From assembly GCA_963664015.2 (NCBI GenBank), contig CAXXLF010000002.1:704001-768000 (forward strand): 64,000 nt of DNA, given 5' to 3'. Shown one piece after another: positions 9,946 to 19,142 of the stretch; positions within the stretch are counted from its first letter, which is position 1, and the number at the start of each line of letters is the position of its first letter. Source of the stretch: Candidatus Binatia bacterium (GTDB lineage: Bacteria; Desulfobacterota; Binatia; UBA9968; CAXXLF01). The notes beneath the pieces are model-generated. The model made no database searches and had not been told where the DNA came from. It saw nothing but the letters and a program-made list of their open reading frames with translations. The position numbers were made by a program, and so were the translations under genes.

Positions 9946-10197
9946 GAGGCTCACTTGGAATGCATTAAGAATCCTCACCTAACGTTAGGTCCACACCAAA
10001 ACGCATTTTAAGTTCCATGGCTTGAACCAAGAGAAATAGGATGTTCTGTGGAGCCTACCCGATTGTAGAGCAGGTCATATAAGTACGTGCCTTCGATGGT
10101 GGGATAGCTACGGAGAGTGGACTCAACTATCAAGCAATAAAAGCCCTCCCCCGATGAACCGTCTCAAGAGTACATAAATTAAAGTAGCTGGAGATAT

Positions 10198-10317
10198 CTC
10201 TAACCAATCTGCTGGTCGTCGGGCATTCTATGCTCGTAACGGTGGGGTGCCAATATAGCGGTTGCGGGCAAACGCCTATCGCGACAGGTAGGTCGACGCT
10301 GGATCGAGGCGTTAAGT
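10198..10317 (-). other. Degenerate attC-like site downstream of the DMT gene
   Basis: The gene stop TAA lies within ACTTAAC (RYYYAAC); about 120 bp later comes TTGGTTAGAG; internal complementarity is weak. Confidence 0.3.
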
Positions 10318-11301
10318 GTCGTCCCGATAACGATCGGGCGTGGCGGGTACCCGGATCGGTTTTGGAGCATACTTCCGGGCGAATAAGCCCAGGACGCGAC
10401 CGTCCATCGCCACTAACCCGAGTCCGATGAGACTCATCCCGGTAAAATGCTTAAGCTCGAGGTGCTCGTCGAGGAATGTCGTGCCAAGCAAGATGGCACT
10501 CACCGGAATCAGGAATGTGACGAGCAGGGCGTTGGTGGCGCCTGCCCTCGCGAGAAGCTGGAAGTAGAGGATATAGGCTAAAGCGGTCGAGAACAAGGCC
10601 AGTCCTATAACGGCGCCCCAAATCTCCAGGCCCGGCATGGTCAGCAACCAGGGCCGGTCGACGGCAGCGGTTACGGGAATCAAGATGACCGTCCCGGCGA
10701 TCGCCTGGTTGGTGGCGAGGCTCATGGTCGAGATACCCAGAGCCCGAAAGCGACGACTAGCAACACCCCCCACGGCGTAGGAGATCCCGGCTCCGAGAAC
10801 AGCGAGTTGGGCGAGGATGTGGGCACCGACGCCGCTAAAGGCTTCCGGGCCGATCATCACCACAACGCCTGCAAATCCAATCAGCACCCCGGCGATACGC
10901 CCGACCGTCATCTTCTCATCTTCGGTAAAGTAATGCGCGACGATGACGGCGGAGAATGGGGTTGCGGCGTTGAGGATGGAGGCAAGACCGCTGGCAATAT
11001 GCGTTTGCCCCCATGCGATAAGACCATAGGGAACGATGTTGTTGAGCAATCCGATGCCGGCGAAGGCGGCCCACATTCGCCAGTCCCTAGGGAGAGTCAG
11101 CCCTTTGGCGAGAGCAATCGCCTGGAGCACTACCGCCGCCAACGCCAAGCGCAGCAAGACGATAGTCAAAGGCGGCAAGGCACGAAGGGCAATACTAACG
11201 AAGAAAAACGACCCGCCCCAAATCATTGACAAGACGATAAGAAAAAACCACTCGGTAGATCCCATGGATCGTTTGACGACTTCAGGCGTTTTCATATGCA
11301 T
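10312..11301 (-). CDS. DMT/EamA-family transporter
   Basis: 329 aa, about 10 hydrophobic segments; IWGGSFFF, ASGLASILNAATP, STALAYILYFQLLARAGATNALLVTFLIPVSA. Confidence 0.92.
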   Translation of the reverse strand: MHMKTPEVVKRSMGSTEWFFLIVLSMIWGGSFFFVSIALRALPPLTIVLLRLALAAVVLQAIALAKGLTLPRDWRMWAAFAGIGLLNNIVPYGLIAWGQTHIASGLASILNAATPFSAVIVAHYFTEDEKMTVGRIAGVLIGFAGVVVMIGPEAFSGVGAHILAQLAVLGAGISYAVGGVASRRFRALGISTMSLATNQAIAGTVILIPVTAAVDRPWLLTMPGLEIWGAVIGLALFSTALAYILYFQLLARAGATNALLVTFLIPVSAILLGTTFLDEHLELKHFTGMSLIGLGLVAMDGRVLGLFARKYAPKPIRVPATPDRYRDDT

Positions 11302-11329
11302 TCTGGCGCCATCTCTTCCGGCGCGTCCG

Positions 11330-12024
11330 AAAAAAGGGGTCGGGAGTCTTTTCTTGACTCGATGACTTGCCTCGGGGAGTCAGTGTGATGGTGCTTCGTG
11401 ATCGTGTTTTGGCTTGGATTCTGGGCCTTGTCAACCACGGAGCCAAATGCTAGACCAACCCTCAATTGTTAGAGTCGGATTCGCGATAGGGTAACCACCT
11501 ATTGAAAAATCTCAATTTGGAATCGTGATGGCTACTAAACACGTTTCCAGCATGGCAGAAATGACCGCGTATCTTGGGCTCCCAATCGACGCGGAGCCCG
11601 TGGCATCCCTATGTGTCGGTTGCAAAAGTAAGGAGTGGCCCTTCGTTAAACCCCGTTTTCGAATCTCTCGTAGCCGCGGCTTCGACGTGAAATATGGGCC
11701 GGATCGCGTTGTGGAGACGATCTTTCTTAAGCGCTTCGGTAGAAACGGCTATGCTCAGTTTGCTGGTAAGCTACCCAACGGTATAAAGTTCGGAGATCGA
11801 CCGGAAAGGGTACATGCCGCTCTTGGTGCACCAACTCGCTCAGGGCTTTTAAAATCCGGTGTTCCGGGACTCTACGAGGGCTGGGACCGCTACGAATACC
11901 CACATCACCGTGTGCACTTCAGCTATGCGGAGGACGGTCGCCTAGATCCGATCATGCTGATGCTGCAACGTAACCGAACTCATAAGCAGCCCTGAAAAAA
12001 ATGGGTCGGGAGTCTTTTCTCGAC
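11330..12024 (+). repeat. Pair of direct repeats (core GGGTCGGGAGTCTTTTCT) at 11337-11354 and 12003-12020
   Basis: Identical 18-bp core, each preceded by an A-run and followed by YGAC; the pair flanks ORF 11525-11995. Confidence 0.7.
11525..11995 (+). CDS. Hypothetical protein (possibly immunity-like)
   Basis: 156-aa ORF with LPNGIKFGD...VHAALGAP..SG...GWDRYEY; family not recognised with certainty. Confidence 0.5.
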   Translation: MMATKHVSSMAEMTAYLGLPIDAEPVASLCVGCKSKEWPFVKPRFRISRSRGFDVKYGPDRVVETIFLKRFGRNGYAQFAGKLPNGIKFGDRPERVHAALGAPTRSGLLKSGVPGLYEGWDRYEYPHHRVHFSYAEDGRLDPIMLMLQRNRTHKQP

Positions 12025-12369
12025 CTTATGTATCGCCCCCGGGCCGTTTGTACGTGAATCAGAATCAGGGAAATCGACATAATAGCCCCGGTCATCATTC
12101 GAGGGCACGGGGAGCCCTTCCCTGATCCGTCGGGAAAATGCCGGGTCCTGATCCGTTGCGTGAGCGCGCTCGTTGATATGGGAGAGTTTTTTCAGCTCTT
12201 CGAACGGTTGACTCGCATCGATTCTTCCTAACTCGTAAAGGCATGCGGGCACGTAACCGCTCAGCCGCACTTTCCAGGAAATGGGCGGCGAATCCGGATT
12301 AACTCAAGCATGCATGAGAATATCGGTGGTCCAGTTGGTCGTCACCGTGTTGTAAAAACGTGGCTGCTC
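11980..12369 (-). pseudogene. C-terminal remnant of a DUF4105 (Lnb-like) protein
   Basis: EQPRFYNTVTTNWTTDILMHA*VNPDSPPISWKVRLSGYVP...PFEELK..SHINERA...FSRRIREGLP; in-frame TGA at 12304-12306 and no N-terminus. Confidence 0.7.
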
Positions 12370-12501
12370 TCCAAAGGGTCACACCCAGAACCGCTAGAGT
12401 GCCAAAACATCTAATTGCGATCTTCATTCGTTAATTTTCTGTTAAGAAGGATCAGACATGGGTCAAAAAACATTTGCTGACAAGTTGTTACAACCGAGGC
12501 C

Positions 12502-12551
12502 GCCTAACCATCCACAGCCGGCCGCACTCACTGGCTCCGCCATCGTTAAAA
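12502..12551 (-). other. Short degenerate attC-like site downstream of the SDR gene
   Basis: Stop TAA lies within TTTTAAC and the element ends GGTTAGGC (GTTRRRY); only 50 bp, shorter than canonical attC. Confidence 0.3.
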
Positions 12552-13379
12552 AGCACTGAGGACCGCTTTGTCGAACAGTCGATCCCCACACCACTTTCTC
12601 ATGAATATAAGAGGTTTTGCGAACCGACCTGCCACATATCGAGCTTTTGGTTTTCGAGCATGAACGGCCTTCGAAATAATCCTAGCGATAACCGATGGAT
12701 GGGAGCGTTGTCCCTTTTCACGAGTGTTTTTATGGAGCTTTTCTACTGCTTTAGCCATTTGTGCATATGCCGAGTTACCGGAACGTTCCATCATCGGTCC
12801 GAGCATCACATCGCCGAACTCGGATTCTATAATCCCTGGTTCCACGATGATTACATTGATATGAAACCGAGTCAATTCCACCCTCAAGCAATCGGACCAA
12901 CCCTCCAGAGCATGCTTCGACCCAGCATACCAGGCACCCATTGGGAAATACACTTTCCCCGCGATGGACGAGATATTGATAATCCTACCGGACTTTTTCT
13001 CTCTCATTGATGGCAAAACCAGTTGAGTCAGGCGCGCCAGACCAAAAAAATTTACCTCAAACTGATTCCGGGCATCTTCCATAGCGGTGTCTTCCACGGC
13101 ACCATAATGGGCCAACCCCGCATTGTTGACCAATACATCCAAGCCGTTTTGCTCTCGGTGAATTCTTTCAACCGTGGCCTTGATCTCCTCTTCCTTGGTT
13201 ATGTCCATTTTTAGAGCCGTAGCGCCCAACTCTTCCAGGTCTCTCATCTTTTCGACTCTTCTGGCTGCTCCGTAGACCTCCAATCCATCGTCAAGGAGTT
13301 GCCTTGCGATCTCCTTACCGATTCCCGACGATGCACCGGTAACCAGTGCAACCTTTTTCTGTTTTATTAAAGTCGGCAT
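12546..13379 (-). CDS. Short-chain dehydrogenase/reductase (SDR)
   Basis: 277 aa; TGASSGIG, NNAG, YAGSK catalytic YxxxK. Confidence 0.95.
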   Translation of the reverse strand: MPTLIKQKKVALVTGASSGIGKEIARQLLDDGLEVYGAARRVEKMRDLEELGATALKMDITKEEEIKATVERIHREQNGLDVLVNNAGLAHYGAVEDTAMEDARNQFEVNFFGLARLTQLVLPSMREKKSGRIINISSIAGKVYFPMGAWYAGSKHALEGWSDCLRVELTRFHINVIIVEPGIIESEFGDVMLGPMMERSGNSAYAQMAKAVEKLHKNTREKGQRSHPSVIARIISKAVHARKPKARYVAGRFAKPLIFMRKWCGDRLFDKAVLSAF

Positions 13380-13480
13380 GCGGATCTCCTGTACGGATCA
13401 TGGAAGCCGTCGAAACGAAAAGATACGAATCACTAGCAAGTAACGGGAACCGAATTCCGGCTGCATGCAACCCGGCCAAC

Positions 13481-13885
13481 TCAGGCTTTGCTTTGATAGA
13501 CCTGGATGACATTACCCTCGAGATCGGCGATGACTGCGAGCCAGCCGTGGGAGACATCGAGAATATCCTGGACAATGCGGACGCCGCGTTGCTTGTAAGT
13601 ATCGACTACCCTATTAATATCGGCGACCTGGAAGCTTGGGACGGGACCCACTAGTCCACGGGGATCCTTCGAGGACTTGCCACCCTTGTGTAAGACAACC
13701 GGCGGGCCCGAGGTGGCGAATTCGAAGTTGACCCCGTCCACGCCGTGTAGGGGCTTGAAGCCGAGGACGTCCCGATAGTAGGCAATGGCCTGCTCCAGAT
13801 CTTCGACGTAGATCAGAATCCTACGCGCGGTAAAAAGAAGCGGTTCGTTTACCGATGCCAATGTCGCCCACCTTATCTTCGTCAT
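13481..13885 (-). CDS. VOC/glyoxalase-family protein
   Basis: 134 aa; IYVEDLEQAIAYYRDVLGF...ADLEGNVIQV; ATGA overlap with the upstream gene. Confidence 0.85.
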   Translation of the reverse strand: MTKIRWATLASVNEPLLFTARRILIYVEDLEQAIAYYRDVLGFKPLHGVDGVNFEFATSGPPVVLHKGGKSSKDPRGLVGPVPSFQVADINRVVDTYKQRGVRIVQDILDVSHGWLAVIADLEGNVIQVYQSKA

Positions 13886-14874
13886 CCAACCTTGGCACTT
13901 GTGCCGGGAAAGATCTCCTGCACCGTAAAGCGACGATTGAGCAATCCGTCGGCCTGGAGGTAGTCCATGAGCTTTTCTATGGTGTGAAGCTGCACCTCTC
14001 CCAGCTCGTACTTATAGGCGTCGAGGCCCAGGACAGAACGTTCCTTCTTGATCATTCCCTTCTCTTTGTCATTCAAGCGTTCTTCGCTCACGCTCCAGGC
14101 CTTCTTGAACGCAGCCATAAGACTTTCAGCCAGACCAGGGTTCTCTTCCAGACAGTCCGTGCGAAGCTGAAGACAATGAACCACAGGATAGATCTTCGCC
14201 TTTTTAAACCAACCGGCAATCCCATCGGCGTCGCCCAAGGGCTGATGAAGCTGGGGAAAGCGCTCCAGGGTGCCCTGGATCATCTTGTCCCCACCGTACA
14301 GCGCGGCAAATCCGTGGGCGCCCGGATGAATCAACGCGTCGATCTCTCCTCGCGTCAAGCGATCCGCTGCGTCGCGCACTGCCTCCAGTCCTTCCGGTTG
14401 ATCGAACCGGCCTTTGAGCCAGGGCACCTCGGCATCTTCGGCGGCCCCGTGAATCGTGTACCACTCGACCGAGTCTCTCGATATCCCCAATTCATCGGCG
14501 AGATAACCGCGCATATAAACGCCGCCAGGGGTCAGTACCCGGGGCAAAGCGACCTTCTTGCCTTCCAGATCGGCGGGTGACGGTCCGTCCTGGCGCATGA
14601 GCAGGGTCCGTTGGCGGAATCCTCCAAGCATGAAGATCGGCAGCGCGGTTTTTGGAACCCCTTCGTTTCGTTCCATCTCCAATAGATAATCGGTCAACGT
14701 CCCGTCGCCACCCTCCCATTTCCCCTCGCGTATGCCGTGGAGTCGGTCGGGGAGAGTCACCTTGGAATGGAACTCGACGGGGAATCCCTCAACTCCGACT
14801 GTGCCGTCAACAATGGCCCGGGTCCACAAACTCTCACCGATAGCGATCCGAATCGCATTACCCGCTGCACTCAT
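13882..14874 (-). CDS. SBP-fold protein resembling 4,5-dihydroxyphthalate decarboxylase #2
   Basis: TRAIVDGTVGVEG, LPIFMLGGFRQR, PADLEGKKVA, IYPVVHCLQLR; paralog of 7910-8914; start ATG 14874 follows GGGAGG. Confidence 0.6.
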   Translation of the reverse strand: MSAAGNAIRIAIGESLWTRAIVDGTVGVEGFPVEFHSKVTLPDRLHGIREGKWEGGDGTLTDYLLEMERNEGVPKTALPIFMLGGFRQRTLLMRQDGPSPADLEGKKVALPRVLTPGGVYMRGYLADELGISRDSVEWYTIHGAAEDAEVPWLKGRFDQPEGLEAVRDAADRLTRGEIDALIHPGAHGFAALYGGDKMIQGTLERFPQLHQPLGDADGIAGWFKKAKIYPVVHCLQLRTDCLEENPGLAESLMAAFKKAWSVSEERLNDKEKGMIKKERSVLGLDAYKYELGEVQLHTIEKLMDYLQADGLLNRRFTVQEIFPGTSAKVG

Positions 14875-15125
14875 GCGTCCTCCCACAGATAGACTCTATT
14901 CTTTGGCTCTTTGGCGCGTTCATATAACAATTTCGATTCAACCCATCCGGTCCCAGCAAACATAAAGGAACTCCAACCATTGTGTCAAACCTCCTACAAC
15001 ATGAATGCAATCGCCCAACTCGCTTGCGAGTTCGAACACAGACTGAAAAAACTGGTTATTTGACAAAACAAGCCGGCCAGAATAAGCATTGTTTACCCAT
15101 TTTTTCAACGAGGGAGAGGATCGAC

Positions 15126-16256
15126 ATGGATACAGTCTACACACTCGCCAAGACCGGTTATCAACGCTGGATGGACCAGGAAGGAATCCCCATCTTTGAC
15201 GGTCTTGCCGTCGAAGACGTTACTGAATTGCCCCTAAAACCCTGGAAGCGCCTGGGCGGGAGGGGGAGCTACATTCAACTTATGGGCGGGGGGGGAGTCA
15301 CCGGGATGTACGTGGTGGAGATTCCCGGGGGCGGCGCCTTGAACCCCGAACGGCACCTTTTCGACAAGGTCCTCTATGTCCTCAAAGGACGCGGTGGCAC
15401 CGAGGTGTGGCAGGAGGGGCAGAAAAAACAGACCTTTGAATGGGGAGAAGGAAGCATCTTCGCCCCACCGCTCAATACCTGGCACAGGCTCGTCAACGGG
15501 GCCCGGGAACCGGCCGTCATCCTGGCCGTAACCACCGCTCCGATGATTCTGGATCTCTTTCGCGACCCGGACTTCGTCTTCAACATCGACTACCAGTTTA
15601 AGTCCCGGTATCGCGGGGAGGAAGACTACTTTCAGACCGGCGACAAAAGATACCAGGCCAACAAGGCCAAGATGTGGGACACTAACTTCATCGCCGACGC
15701 GAGATCGGCATTACTGGACGATGCGACCTACAAAACGACCAAGGGGCAGACCACCTGTTTCGAAATGTCGGACAACTGTCTCGTCGGTCACATCTCCGAC
15801 TGGCCTTCGGGCATTTACCACAACGCCCACTATCACGCCGCCGGGGCCATCTTGCTTGTCTTGCGCTCTACTGGCTATGTGCTGATGTGGCCCAAGGAAC
15901 TCGGAATCCATCCTTATCAATCGGGCAGAGAAGACAAGGTCATCAAGTTCGATTGGAAACCCGGCAGTATCTACAGCCCCCCCGAGGGATGGTTTCACCA
16001 GCATATCAACACCTGCAACGAGCCGGCACGGCACGTGGCCGTCCGCCTGGGCAGCCGAAGAAACCCGACGGGTTTTCACGACGCCTCAAGCGGTCGTGAA
16101 GGCGTTACCTTGAGCATCCGCGAGGGAGGTACCGTCATTAAGTACGACGACGAGGACCCGCGCGTTCGAAAAGACTTCGATGCGGCCATAAAGAAAAACG
16201 GCGTCGTCTCCCAGATGCTTCCGGTCACTTACCGCTCGGATCCCATCGCGGTTTAG
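15126..16256 (+). CDS. Bicupin protein (dioxygenase-like), paralog A
   Basis: PERHLFDKVLYVLKGRGGTEVW, FAPPLNTWHRLVN, YHNAHYHAAGA, SPPEGWFHQHIN; start ATG 15126 follows GGAGAGG. Confidence 0.85.
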   Translation: MDTVYTLAKTGYQRWMDQEGIPIFDGLAVEDVTELPLKPWKRLGGRGSYIQLMGGGGVTGMYVVEIPGGGALNPERHLFDKVLYVLKGRGGTEVWQEGQKKQTFEWGEGSIFAPPLNTWHRLVNGAREPAVILAVTTAPMILDLFRDPDFVFNIDYQFKSRYRGEEDYFQTGDKRYQANKAKMWDTNFIADARSALLDDATYKTTKGQTTCFEMSDNCLVGHISDWPSGIYHNAHYHAAGAILLVLRSTGYVLMWPKELGIHPYQSGREDKVIKFDWKPGSIYSPPEGWFHQHINTCNEPARHVAVRLGSRRNPTGFHDASSGREGVTLSIREGGTVIKYDDEDPRVRKDFDAAIKKNGVVSQMLPVTYRSDPIAV

Positions 16257-16349
16257 TTTGCAGGGAGAGCCCCGACTACGGTCCGATGCCGTACATCGGG
16301 GGATTTCTTCTGTGGAGAGGTACCGATTTTTGACGCCCTTCAATTCCTA

Positions 16350-17798
16350 ATGGCGGAAGGACATCCAAAAGGCAGTGGAAACGTTCTAGTCGTAGGCGGC
16401 GGCATGGGCGGTCTGACGGCGGCTATCCGGGCTAGGGAGCAGGGGGCTAACGTAATCCTGATCGAAAAGGCCCCTGATCTCACCCACAGCGCCACCTCCA
16501 TCGCCGGAGGCGGTTTTACCATCCATGTTGAACCCTTTGGAGAATTGACCCAGGCGGGATTGATCCTGGCCTTTCAGGAAACCAGCAACTATCAGTGCGA
16601 CCTCGATCTCGTTAGTATCTTTGCCCGCAGGCTTGCGGCCGACTTCTCCTGGCTTAAGGATGACCTTGGCCTTTCCTTTACACCCAACCCGGACCGCAAA
16701 GGTGCATTTATGGTCGACGGCAGAGGTGCCGCCATTCCCCCTTTCCTGGAGAAAATCGCGCGAAGTCGCGGAGTGAATATCCAGTGCAACACCAGTGCAA
16801 AGAGACTTGTGACCGATGACAGGGGTCGAGTCGTCGGACTTGAAGTCTCGACCCCCGAGGGCTCTAGGGAGCTAAGCGCAGGCTCTGTTGTGCTCGCCAC
16901 CGGCAGCTTTGAATCCAACGAAAAGTTGGTTAAACAGTATCTGGGCCAACAGGTCTATGAGACCGCTTTCATGCACAGGGTTTCACCAAGCGGACATACG
17001 GGCGACGGACAGCTGATGGCAACGGAGATTGGAGCGAGTTTCGCAAAAGATCCATTCATGATTCACTGCGGCGCCGAGGATAAGGCCTGGGAAAAGCCCG
17101 GGGTCAAGCCCAAGAACCAGGGCGGCCCGACCCGCGCTCTGCTCAAGACCAGCCGGTGGGGGCTCTGGGTCAACAAGAACGGGGTGAGGTTCGTGGATGA
17201 GTCGGCGGAAAGCGATCCGGTCTCCACCGCGATCATTCGTCAACCCCGGGGTGTGGCGGCCCTCGTCTTCGATCAGAAGATCCGCGATCGATTTCCCGAG
17301 GAGTCGCAAAAATACGAGGAGGTCGTGCCGGGAGCCATCCTTCAACGGCAGACCCTACAAGAGATTGCACGAGCCATCGAGGCTCCTGCGGAAACACTGG
17401 AACGTACCGTTCGTGAATTCAATGATTCTGTCAGCAAGGGTAGAGCAACGACGCTGGAGATCCCCAAGGGAGTCTATATGCCCACAGCTGCACGTCTTGA
17501 AACGCCACCTTATTATGCCGTCTATCCGGTATTTGCCTCGATGAATACCATCTGGGGCGGCCTGGAGATCGATATGGAGGCGCGAGTACTGCACCAAAGC
17601 GGAAAACACATCCCCGGGCTGTATGCCGCCGGCGCAATCTTTGGCGGGATCTTCAACGGCATCTGGACGGAAACATCGACGGGTGTCCAGACCTATCGAT
17701 CGAACCACGATGCTCTTTCCGCCTCTCTCCAGGTCTGCCTCGTTTTTGGCAGCATCGCCGGCGAGAAGGCGGCTGCCTATGCCGGTGACCTTACTTAA
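16350..17798 (+). CDS. FAD-binding oxidoreductase (flavocytochrome c/TcuA/3-ketosteroid dehydrogenase superfamily)
   Basis: 482 aa; VVGGGMGGLTAA, VVLATGSF, TGDG, VNKNGVRFVDE, GGLEID..ARVL...IPGLYAAG. Confidence 0.88.
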   Translation: MAEGHPKGSGNVLVVGGGMGGLTAAIRAREQGANVILIEKAPDLTHSATSIAGGGFTIHVEPFGELTQAGLILAFQETSNYQCDLDLVSIFARRLAADFSWLKDDLGLSFTPNPDRKGAFMVDGRGAAIPPFLEKIARSRGVNIQCNTSAKRLVTDDRGRVVGLEVSTPEGSRELSAGSVVLATGSFESNEKLVKQYLGQQVYETAFMHRVSPSGHTGDGQLMATEIGASFAKDPFMIHCGAEDKAWEKPGVKPKNQGGPTRALLKTSRWGLWVNKNGVRFVDESAESDPVSTAIIRQPRGVAALVFDQKIRDRFPEESQKYEEVVPGAILQRQTLQEIARAIEAPAETLERTVREFNDSVSKGRATTLEIPKGVYMPTAARLETPPYYAVYPVFASMNTIWGGLEIDMEARVLHQSGKHIPGLYAAGAIFGGIFNGIWTETSTGVQTYRSNHDALSASLQVCLVFGSIAGEKAAAYAGDLT

Positions 17799-17815
17799 CC
17801 CTTAATCGGACCGAT

Positions 17816-17844
17816 TTGACAAAAGCAACGGTCGAGAATATAAT
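17816..17844 (+). promoter_or_regulatory. Consensus sigma70 promoter of cupin paralog B
   Basis: TTGACA-N17-TATAAT exactly; AGGAGG RBS downstream. A similar TTGACAAAA...AGAATA sequence precedes paralog A at 15060. Confidence 0.75.
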
Positions 17845-17879
17845 TAGAAAAACACTCACCAAATAACAGGAGGTTCGCG

Positions 17880-19019
17880 ATGTCTGATGAAGTAGCCTAC
17901 AAACCCGCCAAAACCGGGTATCAAGTCTTTATGGAGAGCGAGGGCATCCCCGTCGTCGAGGGATACGGGATCGAAGACGTCACCGAGCTTCCGCGCAAGC
18001 CATGGAAGCGTCTGGGAGGAACGGGATCCTATATCGACCTCAAAGGCGGCGGTGGCGTTTCGGGCATGTACGTTGCCGAGATCCCATCCGGCGGCGCCCT
18101 CAACCCGGAGAAGCACCTCTACGACAAGTTAATTTACGTTCTCAAGGGGCGTGGTGCCACCGAAGTGTGGCAGGAAGGTGGGAAAAAGCAGCTCTTTGAA
18201 TGGTCAGAGGGAGCCATCTTCGGTCCGCCCCTCAACACCACCCACCGGCTGGTCAATGGAGCCAGTGAACCTGCCATCGTGCTTGCCGTTACCACGGCTC
18301 CGATTGTCATCGACCTCTTCCGCGATCCACAATTTATCTTCAACAGTGATTATCACTTCAAATCCCGCTTCGACGGACAGGAAGACTACTTCAAATCCCA
18401 GGACAAGTACTATAAGGCCCATAAAACCCAGATCTGGGAGACCAACTTTATTGCCGATGCACGTACGGCCAAGGTTGAGTTAGCCCCCTACAAACAAGCT
18501 AAAGGTGGACTCACCTGCTTCGAGATGTCGGATAACTGTCTCATCGGACATATCTCCGACTGGCCCACGGGCATCTATCACAAGGCCCACTACCATGCGG
18601 CTGGGGCCGTCCTGCTCGTGCTTCAGTCCTCGGGATATATGCTCATGTGGCCCAAGGAACTGGGCATCCATCCCTATGAATCGGGATACGGGGACAGGGT
18701 GGTCAAGTTCAACTGGAAACCGGGCAGTGTTTACAGTCCGCCGGACGGTTGGTTCCATATGCATCTTAACAGCGGTGTCGATGACGCGCGGCACGTGGCG
18801 CTTCGTCTGGGCAGCCGCAAAAACCCCACGGGTCTCCACGATGCCACCAGCGGCCGGGAAGGCGTGGTCACTAGCCTACGGGATGGCGGCACGCTCATCG
18901 AGCACGAAGATGAGGATCCCCAGATTCGGAAAGATTTCGAAGCTGAAATTAAAAAGTCAGGTATCAAAAACGCAATGCCGCCTGTCAGCTATCGGACGGA
19001 TGCCATTAAGGCAGCTTAG
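17880..19019 (+). CDS. Bicupin protein (dioxygenase-like), paralog B
   Basis: 379 aa; closely co-linear with paralog A (YHKAHYHAAGA, SPPDGWFHMHLN). Confidence 0.87.
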   Translation: MSDEVAYKPAKTGYQVFMESEGIPVVEGYGIEDVTELPRKPWKRLGGTGSYIDLKGGGGVSGMYVAEIPSGGALNPEKHLYDKLIYVLKGRGATEVWQEGGKKQLFEWSEGAIFGPPLNTTHRLVNGASEPAIVLAVTTAPIVIDLFRDPQFIFNSDYHFKSRFDGQEDYFKSQDKYYKAHKTQIWETNFIADARTAKVELAPYKQAKGGLTCFEMSDNCLIGHISDWPTGIYHKAHYHAAGAVLLVLQSSGYMLMWPKELGIHPYESGYGDRVVKFNWKPGSVYSPPDGWFHMHLNSGVDDARHVALRLGSRKNPTGLHDATSGREGVVTSLRDGGTLIEHEDEDPQIRKDFEAEIKKSGIKNAMPPVSYRTDAIKAA

Positions 19020-19043
19020 GTCGGATTTTTAAGAGGAGCTTCT

Positions 19044-19088
19044 AAAAAAGGGCCGCCCCGTTGTAAAACGGGGCGGCCCTTTTCTTTT
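19044..19088. terminator. Bidirectional Rho-independent terminator
   Basis: AAAAAA-GGGCCGCCCCGTT-gtaa-AACGGGGCGGCCC-TTTT between convergent genes. Confidence 0.9.
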
Positions 19089-19142
19089 GGGTCCGAAATG
19101 AAGAGGATACGTCCCCGAAGTGACACAACTGGCCAGTTTCAG

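Noticed and set aside
16350-17798. Fumarate reductase / succinate dehydrogenase flavoprotein
   Set aside because: Lacks the HxTMGG catalytic His motif and has no Fe-S or membrane-anchor partners.
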